Origin: a virus
IMG/VR virus record: IMGVR_UViG_3300025012_000055
Location: 27,381-91,380 of that record
Reading direction: 5' to 3' (one strand)
DNA length: 64,000 bases
A program made the translations under genes and the position numbers. Position 1 is the first letter of the stretch. The number at the start of each line of letters is the position of its first letter. Below are positions 49,470 through 58,938 of the stretch, one piece after another. A model generated the notes under the pieces. That model saw only the letters and a list, made by a program, of their open reading frames with translations, searched no databases and was not told where the DNA came from.

Positions 49470-50687
49470 ATGCAACTTGTTGAACAACATTTAATCAAAA
49501 ATACATCAGAATCATTTAAGGAATGTGAAGATGTTTGTTTTAAAACAAAAAACTTATACAATTATTCTTTATATCTAATCAGATAAGCATATATTAAAGA
49601 AAATAAAAATATTATTTTTGATTTATATCATCATATAAAGAAACATGAATCTTATAGCGCCTTACCAAGGAAAGTTTCATCCAATGTTTTGTTAATGGTA
49701 CAGAAGAATTTTAAATCATTTTTCAAAGCATTAACATTATATCAAAAAAACCCAAATAAATTTAAAGGAAGACCTGGTTTACCAAAATATTTGGATAAAC
49801 AAAAGGGAAGATACATTGCTTGGTTTACAAATCAAGCCGTATCAAAAAAAGTATTTAAAAAAACAGGAAAAATTAAACTTTCACAATGTAATATAGAATT
49901 TAAAACAAAATTAAAATCTTTTGAGGAAATTGATTGTGTCAGAATTGTCCCAAAAAATAATCACCATGTAATTGAGGTGGTTTATACAATAGTAACACCA
50001 GAAAAATTAACGGATAATAACAAATATGCAGCAATTGATTTGGGTGTGAATAATTTAGCAACGATTGTATCAAATGTTAAAAAATTTAAACCATTAATTA
50101 TAAATGGAAAACCATTAAAATCCATTAATCAGTTTTACAATAAAAAGAAAGCACATTTGCAATCTGTTAATGAAATAAGACATAAAATAAAAACAAGCAG
50201 ACAAGTACAGAAACTTGATTTAAAAAGACAAAATAAAATCAATCATTATCTTCATGTTTCCAGCAAATTAATTGTTAACATTCTCAAAGAAAATAATATT
50301 AATACTTTGATTATAGGGAAAAATGATAATTGGAAACAAGAGGTGAATATTGGAACAAAAAATAATCAGAATTTTGTCAGCATACCACACAGTAGATTTA
50401 TAAATTTTATCAATTATAAATGCGAAAAAGAAGGTATAAATGTTATAACTAAAAATGAAAATTATACATCTAAATGTTCCTTTTTGGATTTGGAAACGAT
50501 CCGAAAGCATAAAATGTATAAAGGAAAAAGAATCAAAAGGGGTTTATTTATTTCTTCAGAAGGAAGAAAAATAAATGCTGATGTGAATGGTAGTTATAAT
50601 ATGTTAATAAAAGTAATTCCAAACGTCTTTGACAATGGAATAGAGGGTGTCGGAATTCATCCAAGGGTCATAAAAATCCTGAAGTGA
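49470..50687 (+). pseudogene. tnpB: TnpB (MQLVE-type) with a nonsense codon
   Basis: MQLVEQH start at 49470, in-frame TAA 49584-49586 (IR*AY; the paralog has KRQAF); IDLG, NYTSKCS, NADVNG. Confidence 0.85.
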
Positions 50688-51473
50688 AAAATATTTATAT
50701 ATTTTCACCTATTCTTTCAATATTCTTCCAATGCAACTTGTTGTGGATATATTGTTATCAATTTTTCTTGCCAGTTCATTTCTTAAATTTTGAAGGGATT
50801 TCTGTGTGTATCCCATCGAATCATAATAAATTTTTGTTTTCATTGTTTTTAAGTTTTGAATATTAATTAATAAATTTTATTATTCTATCGTAATAAATTC
50901 AGGACTTTGAAATTTAGACCATTGGCACACATCTTTGTAAAATTCAAAATAGTTATCTTCAATAAACCATTTTGCCTGTTGTAAAGTCCTGAATTGACCA
51001 AGCACTTTCAATATAACGTTTCCGCTTCTTAATAAGATTATTTTGTTTTTCATAACATTTTTATTGAAGTTTAATTTCATGGTATTTTAATTTCACAGTA
51101 CAAAAATAAGTAAAATAAATGACATTTCCAAATAAAAAATTAATTATTTTTAATCTACTGGTGAGAAAAAATCTGCATTATCAGATGCTTCACTTCTTAA
51201 TAGATCAACATATTTTCTATCTTCATCAGATAAATTGTTATACCATTTTACTATTTTTAATTGGGTTAGTTCATCTAATTTTGATTTAAAGAAAAATAGA
51301 CCACTACCATTTATTAAAAATTTATCTTTTTTTGTTACTTCCATTTTTGTTTTCATTGTTTTTAAGTTTTAAGTTAATAAATTAAGTTAATTAGAACACA
51401 AAGGTAAGTAAAATAATTGACATATCCAAATAAAAAGTGAATTATTTTTAATTATAAATATTTATATAAGAAT

Positions 51474-51848
51474 ATGAAAATAATAATAACATAAAGTCAA
51501 TTTAAGAGATTAATAGAGAATATAATTAAAGAACGAGGGATAGATATTATTGATTCTGATAATTATGATGTTTTCAATGATGAGAAAGCAATAGCATTAA
51601 TTATGTTTTTAAATAAAAATATGGAGGGGGATTATGGTTTGTGGGAGTTAAAACCCATTAAAACTTATTGGTCTGGCACAAATGTATATACACTTAATAA
51701 TGATAGATATTATGTTGGAACTAAAGAAGAAATGATAAAATATGATGATTGGTACAGAAGAAGAGATGCAGGCAATATACCAGACCCATTAAATCAATTT
51801 TATCTTGGGAGTGAGAATCAATATGATATTTGTAAACCTTTTAATTAA
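51474..51848 (+). pseudogene. Late-type ORF with an in-frame TAA at codon 7
   Basis: MKIIIT*SQFKRLIENII versus MNILITESQFKRLIENII of 44379; in frame with the 51603 ORF. Confidence 0.65.
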
Positions 51849-51894
51849 TAATTTTTTTCCTTTTAACTGATATTTATTAATAAATAAAATTATT

Positions 51895-52989
51895 ATGGAA
51901 AATTTTGGTATAATTAAAGAATATGTAACTAAACAATTAACACAGTCATTATTAAATGAAAATGTGGAAAGTAATATTTTTAACAATTTTATAAAAGAAA
52001 TTAAAAAGTCAGATATTTTAAAAACTCAATATGTGGTATATAGTAATCTTGAGAATAAATATATAAAAGATGAAAATAAAGCAACCAGATATATTAATGA
52101 AAATATAAATTTATTTAAAAAATTTAATTATAAAGATTTATTAAATGAAAATAAAAAATTATCTGATAAGTTTAGTAAATTATTAAAAGAAGCATATATT
52201 GATTCATCTGGTAAACTAAAGGATTTTGAATTTGATGGGTCTGATGACTCATCAAAATATTTTAAAAATCCAAATCCAGATATAATTAAAAAAGCAGAAT
52301 ATTATGGTTTAGTGGATATTGAAAATGAGAATTTAACACCTGAAGGTTTAATACAAAAAATGATTGAATGGGATGAGGGGGAACATGGCGTTGAAGAATA
52401 TATTTATGATATGACAAAAAAAGATTTGGAAAGACAGGGATATAAAATGCCAGATTATATAAGAAGAGGAAACGTATTGGATGAAAATAAAAATAATAAT
52501 CAATGTCCTTGTACTAAAAAATTATATGAAAATCTTGATATTCTAATTAAAGAATCATTAAAAGATGTTCCAGATCCAGAAAAAAAATATAATAGTTATA
52601 ACAACGTTTTAGAATACGTTATGACAGAGGATACTTCAAAACAAGAAGAAGATAAATATAAACTTAAAAATGAAACTTATTTTCCTGATAAAAAAATAAT
52701 TGAAATGGCAATAAATAAATTTAATGATAAATATTCATTTTTAAATGAAAATGAAAGGGAAATTTTTACTGTATTATTTAATAACGATAATAACGGAAAA
52801 CAAAAGGTTTTTGAAAAAATAAAAAAGAATAATATCAATCAGATAAAAAGAAAACTAATTGAATCTTCTGATGAAAAATTATCTGATAAACTTAAACTTG
52901 TGGAAGAAAAATTATCTTCAATGGCTTATAATAAAGATAATTATATTGATGATATGGTCAAACTTAATAAACTGAGTTTGGGGTTTTAA
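51895..52989 (+). CDS. Conserved phage late hypothetical protein
   Basis: NFG.IK start, FNDKYS.LNE.E motif. Confidence 0.65.
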   Translation: MENFGIIKEYVTKQLTQSLLNENVESNIFNNFIKEIKKSDILKTQYVVYSNLENKYIKDENKATRYINENINLFKKFNYKDLLNENKKLSDKFSKLLKEAYIDSSGKLKDFEFDGSDDSSKYFKNPNPDIIKKAEYYGLVDIENENLTPEGLIQKMIEWDEGEHGVEEYIYDMTKKDLERQGYKMPDYIRRGNVLDENKNNNQCPCTKKLYENLDILIKESLKDVPDPEKKYNSYNNVLEYVMTEDTSKQEEDKYKLKNETYFPDKKIIEMAINKFNDKYSFLNENEREIFTVLFNNDNNGKQKVFEKIKKNNINQIKRKLIESSDEKLSDKLKLVEEKLSSMAYNKDNYIDDMVKLNKLSLGF

Positions 52990-53213
52990 TATTTTTTAAT
53001 ATTAAATTTAATAAATTTTAATTTTTCATCAACACATTTTTCGCATATATGTGCTGTCCATTCTTCTAAATCTTTATTTGAACCAAACCCCCAATTTGCA
53101 TGCAATTCCATACATTCAAAACCATAACCAGCTTCGCATGATTTTCCACATAAATCACATTCAATATCTTTAATTTCTTCAATTTCCTTTTTAATTTTTT
53201 TATTTATAATCAT
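52986..53213 (-). CDS. Small Zn-finger protein
   Basis: CDLCG..WGFGS.KD..ICEKC. Confidence 0.65.
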   Translation of the reverse strand: MIINKKIKKEIEEIKDIECDLCGKSCEAGYGFECMELHANWGFGSNKDLEEWTAHICEKCVDEKLKFIKFNIKKY

Positions 53214-53244
53214 TTTTTTTAATTTTAAAATTTCTTTTAATAAT

Positions 53245-53541
53245 TCAATTAAAATACTCTATATCTAATAAGAATGCGGTTGTTACCCCCATTAATTTTA
53301 AATGTTCTTCTACCAGATCAGTTGTTATCTTTTTGATTTCCATATAATCACACTTATATTTGGATAAAAAAATTGACCATATTCTATTATAATCTAACGC
53401 TGCATAGTTATTTTTTTTATTATATTTAATATAAAATTTATCTTTATAAATATAAAATATATAATCTGGATAGTTATTAATAGTTTCTGGTTTTAAAACT
53501 TTTAACAGTTCAACAAAATATTCTTCTTTCGACTTTTCCAT
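53245..53541 (-). CDS. Paralog of 22399..22683 with a different C-terminal tail
   Basis: High identity; degenerate 36-nt repeat at 53279-53314. Confidence 0.75.
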   Translation of the reverse strand: MEKSKEEYFVELLKVLKPETINNYPDYIFYIYKDKFYIKYNKKNNYAALDYNRIWSIFLSKYKCDYMEIKKITTDLVEEHLKLMGVTTAFLLDIEYFN

Positions 53542-53544
53542 AAA

Positions 53545-54027
53545 TTATTTTAAATCCTTTTTTGTTAAACAAAACTCAAACCATTCATTATTTATAAACA
53601 AATCAGATATTGTTAAATCATTTACAAACTTATCAATAAAAAATGACAAATCTTTTTTATTATCTTTTGATACCAGTGGTAAATAATTATTTTCTGAACC
53701 TCTTTGATATAAGTTAAACTCCAGAGACATAAAACTTTTTTTATCTAATTTTATTCCAGAAGACCTTATATCAAGATCCAAAATATAAAAATCATTCCAT
53801 ATTTCTTTGTTAATAAGATTATTCTCTCTTATTATTTTTCTTATGTTTCTTTTAAAAGAAAAAATAACTTTATTATAATCATTATTTATTTTCTTTGGTT
53901 TAACCCATGTTGAAATAATGATATAAACACTATCTGGTGATTTATTATTTTTTACTGTCCCACTTAAACATTTTAAGTTTTCATTTAAGCATGAGATTTC
54001 TATCTCTTTTCCAGTTTTTTGGCCCAT
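53545..54027 (-). CDS. Conserved phage hypothetical protein
   Basis: K.GKEI, GTV....P.SVYI...W, ILDLDIRSSGI..KKSFM. Confidence 0.7.
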   Translation of the reverse strand: MGQKTGKEIEISCLNENLKCLSGTVKNNKSPDSVYIIISTWVKPKKINNDYNKVIFSFKRNIRKIIRENNLINKEIWNDFYILDLDIRSSGIKLDKKSFMSLEFNLYQRGSENNYLPLVSKDNKKDLSFFIDKFVNDLTISDLFINNEWFEFCLTKKDLK

Positions 54028-54033
54028 TTATCA

Positions 54034-54288
54034 TTATTCCTTAGCTTCTTTCTTTTCTTCTTCTTCTTTTTTGATGGCCAATTTCCCAATAACTGCCTCA
54101 ATTTTACTTTCTGAAACGCTTGATACTTCAAAATTGTGAGCACCCTTCAAATGTTCATGAATTTTTAATTCTGCATCAGAAACAGATTCAGCAGCAACCA
54201 AAAATTGAGATGTTGTTATTTTTTCCGTAACTCCTTTTGATTTTGAAAAAACGTCTTCTGTGAATTTAACTTTTACAAGATAATACAT
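54034..54288 (-). CDS. DUF4494-like protein
   Basis: YYLVKVKF..FLV.A.SV.DAE....FEV.SV.ESKI. Confidence 0.6.
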   Translation of the reverse strand: MYYLVKVKFTEDVFSKSKGVTEKITTSQFLVAAESVSDAELKIHEHLKGAHNFEVSSVSESKIEAVIGKLAIKKEEEEKKEAKE

Positions 54289-54640
54289 AATTTTTTAATT
54301 TTAATTGTTTTTTAATAATACAAAAATAGATATAATAATTTTAAAAGTCAATAGCCATCAAATGATTTTTTTTAATTTAACATATATTTATAATAAAATA
54401 TAATATAAAAATAAAAAATTTTTCATTATGCCAACACTAACCAAACAAAAATCCAAAGTAGTTATTTTAAATAACAGTAATGGTACAACTAATATTTATC
54501 ATAAACTGTCAAAAACAGAATTAATAAAAGAAATAATTAGTCTTAAAACAAAAATTACTTATTATGAGAGTACGGAAAAAGAAAGAAAATTAAAACAAAA
54601 TAATTGTTTAAGTGAGTTGGAAAATATTTTAAAAAAATAA

Positions 54641-54958
54641 TTGAGTATGAATTTGGATTGGCAATCGGTTTCACTTATTTTGGGAATTTTAGTAATAATT
54701 ACTGGAGCATTAATAAAAATATTTAAAAAAAATGGTAAAAATATTACACCAGAATTAAAATTACCAAAAGAATTTTATGATGTTAAAACACAGGTTGGAG
54801 AACAACAAATAAGATTTGAAGAGTATGAAAAATTAATAAATGAAAAATTATCTGGATTATCAGATGATATTAAAGAATTAAAAGAAAATATTAAAGAAAG
54901 AAATGAAAAAATAGATAAATTAACTGAGACTATAATCAAATACATTTCAAAAAATTAA
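54641..54958 (+). CDS. Single-TM coiled-coil protein
   Basis: N-terminal TM segment followed by coiled coil. Confidence 0.5.
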   Translation: MSMNLDWQSVSLILGILVIITGALIKIFKKNGKNITPELKLPKEFYDVKTQVGEQQIRFEEYEKLINEKLSGLSDDIKELKENIKERNEKIDKLTETIIKYISKN

Positions 54959-54965
54959 AAATTAA

Positions 54966-55712
54966 ATGATTAACCCCTTTCCAAAATATATTAATGGACA
55001 ACTTCAATTTGATGATGGTAGATTTTTATTAAGAGAATTTTACTCCATCCCCACAAAAGATATTGATAAAATAAAAGAACAATCCAAAATAATAACAGAA
55101 TCATTTGATAAAAATAAATTATCAACTGATAGTTCCATATTTATGAATTGTATTTTACAAAAATGTGAAACAGAAAATAGAAATGGAAGATATTATCCTC
55201 GTCATATATTAGAAAGAGAAAATAATAATTATCAGGAATTAATTAAAGAAAAAAGAGCTCTTTCGCATAGTTCACATCCAGATCATAGTCTAGTTGAATT
55301 TAAAGATTCTTCTCATAGAGTGATTAAAACTTGGTGGGATGATAATACATTAATGGGCACTATTGAAATTCTTGGTTCTCCTGGATATTTTAAATTTGGA
55401 ATAATAAGTTGTCCTGGAGATACAATTATTAATCTTCTTAATAAAGAAGTTAAAATGGGAATATCTTCAAGAGGTGTTGGTTCATTAGAACAACAAAATG
55501 GTAAAAATGTGGTACAAGATGATTTTGAACTTATTGCATTTGATTTGGTTAGTTCTCCTTCAACTCCAGGTGCATTCTTATATGCTGAAAATAGTGAAAT
55601 GCAAGAAAATATTACAGAAGATATAAAATATAAGCCATCATTTTTAAGAATAAATAAAAAAATTAATGTTGATCCATTTTTAGAAAATTTAAATAATTTT
55701 TTAGAAAAATAA
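54966..55712 (+). CDS. Prohead protease (gp21-like)
   Basis: NRNGRYYP, HPD, SH, GISSRGVGS, DLVSSPSTPGA. Confidence 0.93.
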   Translation: MINPFPKYINGQLQFDDGRFLLREFYSIPTKDIDKIKEQSKIITESFDKNKLSTDSSIFMNCILQKCETENRNGRYYPRHILERENNNYQELIKEKRALSHSSHPDHSLVEFKDSSHRVIKTWWDDNTLMGTIEILGSPGYFKFGIISCPGDTIINLLNKEVKMGISSRGVGSLEQQNGKNVVQDDFELIAFDLVSSPSTPGAFLYAENSEMQENITEDIKYKPSFLRINKKINVDPFLENLNNFLEK

Positions 55713-55801
55713 AAAAAATATACAAAAAACTGAACTTTTTTAAACTAACGTATATTTATTAAAAAATAAAGATAATATTTTACATACAATATTTATAATT
55801 T

Positions 55802-57070
55802 ATGGCAGAAAATAAAGAAAAAAAACAGTCCATTCTTGAACAAGCCTTGTTAGAAGCAAGCGAGATTCAAAAAACGGCTGAAAGCAATGCAAAAGAAATA
55901 CTGGCAAAACAAATGAGACCAGAAATTGAACGCATAGTTAAAGAATCAATAGAAAAAGAAGATTCTGTTGATGAAACAAAAATGGAAGAAAGTCATGATC
56001 AACAACCAGTTGATGAAGAAAAAAATAAAGTCAAGGAAAATGAGGACGAAGACAATGATTTAGAAGATATTGATTCTGAAAAGGTGGAAACCGATTTAGA
56101 AGATGATATTGATTCTGAAAAAATAGAGGATAAAGAACCTGAAGAAATTTCTGATGATGAAGAAGGTATAGAACAAGTTGATCTTACCAGTACTCCTGAT
56201 GAAGATGTTGTCAAAGTTTTCAAAAAAATGACAAAAGATGATCAAATTGAAATTGAAAAAGATGGAGATTCGATCAAAATAAAAGATGAGGACAAAGAAT
56301 ATCGTATTGAATTAAGTGAATCTAAAAATAAAGGAAAACTTAATGAAGATGGTGTTTGTGAAGAATGTCCTGATAACGATTTGACAGATGATGATAGTGA
56401 AATGATTTATGAAATTGAAATAGAAGGAAAAGATAATGTTTCTGAAACTGATGGGGTATCAGAAAAAGTGACTAAAGATGAAGAATTGGAAGAAACTTTT
56501 AATGTTACTCATGCAGAAGGAAGAAATGTAACATCAAAACCCCAAAATTTCAATGTTAGAAGTAGACCAGGAGATACCAGATATAAAAAACTTTATCAGG
56601 AAGCTGCTGGAAAAAATAAGCAACTTGTTGAGAAATTTAATTCTCTAAGAGGCAAAGCAGTAAAAATTCTTAATGAAAATAAAGAATTAAAAGAGTTTCA
56701 GACAAAACTCAAAAATGCTGTTGTTGATATGAGAGGAAAACTTAATGAGGTTGCATTATTCAATTCTAATTTGGCTTATGCCAATAGAATAATGGCAGAA
56801 GAAACAACCACTAGGAAAGAAAAAATTGATATGATTCAAAGATTTGATAAAGTCAAATCTATTAAAGAATCAAAACAACTTTATAAAACACTTCTTAGTG
56901 AATTGAAAAAAGAGCCAATTAAAGAATCTGTTGAAAAGAAAATAACAAAAACTTCAGAGTCAAGCTCATCCAAACAAATAAATGAATCAAAAGTTTATTC
57001 TGATCCTCAATTAGAGAATCAAATAAAAAGGATGAAAGACTTAATGAACTATTCCACGAATGGAAAATAA
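55802..57070 (+). CDS. Prohead scaffold/core protein
   Basis: Acidic coiled coil between protease and capsid genes; LNEVALFNSNLAY. Confidence 0.8.
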   Translation: MAENKEKKQSILEQALLEASEIQKTAESNAKEILAKQMRPEIERIVKESIEKEDSVDETKMEESHDQQPVDEEKNKVKENEDEDNDLEDIDSEKVETDLEDDIDSEKIEDKEPEEISDDEEGIEQVDLTSTPDEDVVKVFKKMTKDDQIEIEKDGDSIKIKDEDKEYRIELSESKNKGKLNEDGVCEECPDNDLTDDDSEMIYEIEIEGKDNVSETDGVSEKVTKDEELEETFNVTHAEGRNVTSKPQNFNVRSRPGDTRYKKLYQEAAGKNKQLVEKFNSLRGKAVKILNENKELKEFQTKLKNAVVDMRGKLNEVALFNSNLAYANRIMAEETTTRKEKIDMIQRFDKVKSIKESKQLYKTLLSELKKEPIKESVEKKITKTSESSSSKQINESKVYSDPQLENQIKRMKDLMNYSTNGK

Positions 57071-57099
57071 TTAATAATAAAACTTAAAAAATAATAACT

Positions 57100-58794
57100 A
57101 TGGGACAAATTTTAAATTCAGGAGAAGTTGGAAATATTGGGTTGAGGCAACTCAAAGAACAACGAGAACTGATAACACAAAAATGGACTAAATTAGGTCT
57201 TTTAGAAGATCTAAAAGGTCATATAAAAGATAATATTGCTCAGTTGTTTGAAAATCAAGCATCTTACATGTTGAATGAATCAACAACCGCATCTAATTCA
57301 GGTGCGTTTGAAACTGTTGCGTTTCCTATTATACGTAGGGTCTTTTCAAAATTGCTTGCTAATGAGATTGTATCAGTACAAGCTCTTAATTTACCAATTG
57401 GTAAACTGTTCTATTTGAATCCAAAAGTATCAACGAGAGTAGATACTGGTTCAACAGGACACACATCACCGGATGGTGCTTATTCTAATGCAGCCGATTT
57501 AACAGCTGGTTCAGGAACTCAATTTGAAACTAAATCATTGTACGATAGTTTCTATGCAACCGCAAATAATGATGAGGGTACTTCTTTATTTGATAGAAGT
57601 AAAGGGGCATTCACATCAACAAATGCAGTTCTTACTGGTTCTACACCGCAATCTGGGGTAACTAAATTCAAAACATTTCAATTAACAGGATTTACAACTA
57701 CAAGTGATGGTAAGTTGATTGGTCCTGCTGGTGTTCCTATGGACACTGAAGAATTTTTAGCTAGTCTAAAAGTTACGGCAGACCAAAATTTATCAGGCGG
57801 ATCTGGTTTCCAAGGTTCAAGTATTACCGCAGGAGACCCAATTCCTTTCAGAGTTAAAACTCAACAATACGGAAGAGAAATTGTAAGTTCTAATGGTGTA
57901 ATTGATGTTGAGATTGATTTAACATATCCAGCAGCTAATGGTTATTCGGCATTTACATCATATGTTGATCAGGCTGGTACACCTTCAGCAACTAATAAAA
58001 TTTTATTTACAGCTAACTACAGAACTTATTCTGATTTAGAACAAGATTCTGAAATGGCCGAAGTAACATTTAGTCTTGATGAAGTTACGGTATCTGTAAC
58101 AACTCGTAAAATGAGAGCACAATGGACACCTGAACTTGCACAAGACGTATCAGCATTCCATAATATAGATGCAGAGGCTGAACTTACTGCATTGTTGTCA
58201 GAACAAATGGCAGCTGAAATTGACAGGGAAATCCTTAGAGATCTTAGAAGAGGTGCAGCTTGGACATTACGTTGGGATTATAATGGTTTGAGAAACCAAA
58301 CTACTCAGTATCACGGTACTCAGAAAGATTGGAATCAAACATTGTTAACCAAAATAAATCAAATTTCAGCTCAAATTCATAAAGCAACACTGAGAGGTGG
58401 AGCTTCTTGGATAGTTATATCACCTGAAATTTCAGCAGTATTAGATGATTTGGAATATTTCCACGTATCAAATGCTGATCCTGAACAGGACAAATATAAC
58501 ATGGGTATTGAAAGAGTTGGATCTCTTGGTGGAAGATATCAAGTATATCGTGATCCTTACGCTCCAGCTAACACAATGTTAATTGGACATAAAGGAAATT
58601 CGATATTGGAAGCTGGATATATATATGCTCCATATGTTCCAATGCAATTGACACCTACAATGTATAATCCATTTGACTTTAAACCAATTAAGGGGGTAAT
58701 GACAAGATATGCCAAGAAAATGATAAATAACAGGTTCTATGGCAAGGTCTTCTGTGATGGATTAACAACTTTTGACCCAACTGAACTTAGATAA
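57100..58794 (+). CDS. Major capsid protein (gp23-like)
   Basis: KW..GLL, LFENQ, RKMRAQWTPELAQD, DAEAEL, EIDREIL, YAPYVP, GVMTRY. Confidence 0.97.
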   Translation: MGQILNSGEVGNIGLRQLKEQRELITQKWTKLGLLEDLKGHIKDNIAQLFENQASYMLNESTTASNSGAFETVAFPIIRRVFSKLLANEIVSVQALNLPIGKLFYLNPKVSTRVDTGSTGHTSPDGAYSNAADLTAGSGTQFETKSLYDSFYATANNDEGTSLFDRSKGAFTSTNAVLTGSTPQSGVTKFKTFQLTGFTTTSDGKLIGPAGVPMDTEEFLASLKVTADQNLSGGSGFQGSSITAGDPIPFRVKTQQYGREIVSSNGVIDVEIDLTYPAANGYSAFTSYVDQAGTPSATNKILFTANYRTYSDLEQDSEMAEVTFSLDEVTVSVTTRKMRAQWTPELAQDVSAFHNIDAEAELTALLSEQMAAEIDREILRDLRRGAAWTLRWDYNGLRNQTTQYHGTQKDWNQTLLTKINQISAQIHKATLRGGASWIVISPEISAVLDDLEYFHVSNADPEQDKYNMGIERVGSLGGRYQVYRDPYAPANTMLIGHKGNSILEAGYIYAPYVPMQLTPTMYNPFDFKPIKGVMTRYAKKMINNRFYGKVFCDGLTTFDPTELR

Positions 58795-58822
58795 TAAGTA
58801 AAGTAGTTCAAATTTAAACCAT

Positions 58823-58862
58823 AAAGGGGGGTCTGGATAATAAAAATTCAGATCCTTTTTTA
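58823..58862 (+). terminator. Intrinsic terminator after the capsid gene
   Basis: aaggggggtctgga..ttcagatcctttttt. Confidence 0.8.
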
Positions 58863-58938
58863 TGTTTATTCTAATTTAAGATTGACTTTAAACGGATTAT
58901 ATATTATATTTGTAATATAATTTAAAAATATTATAAAA

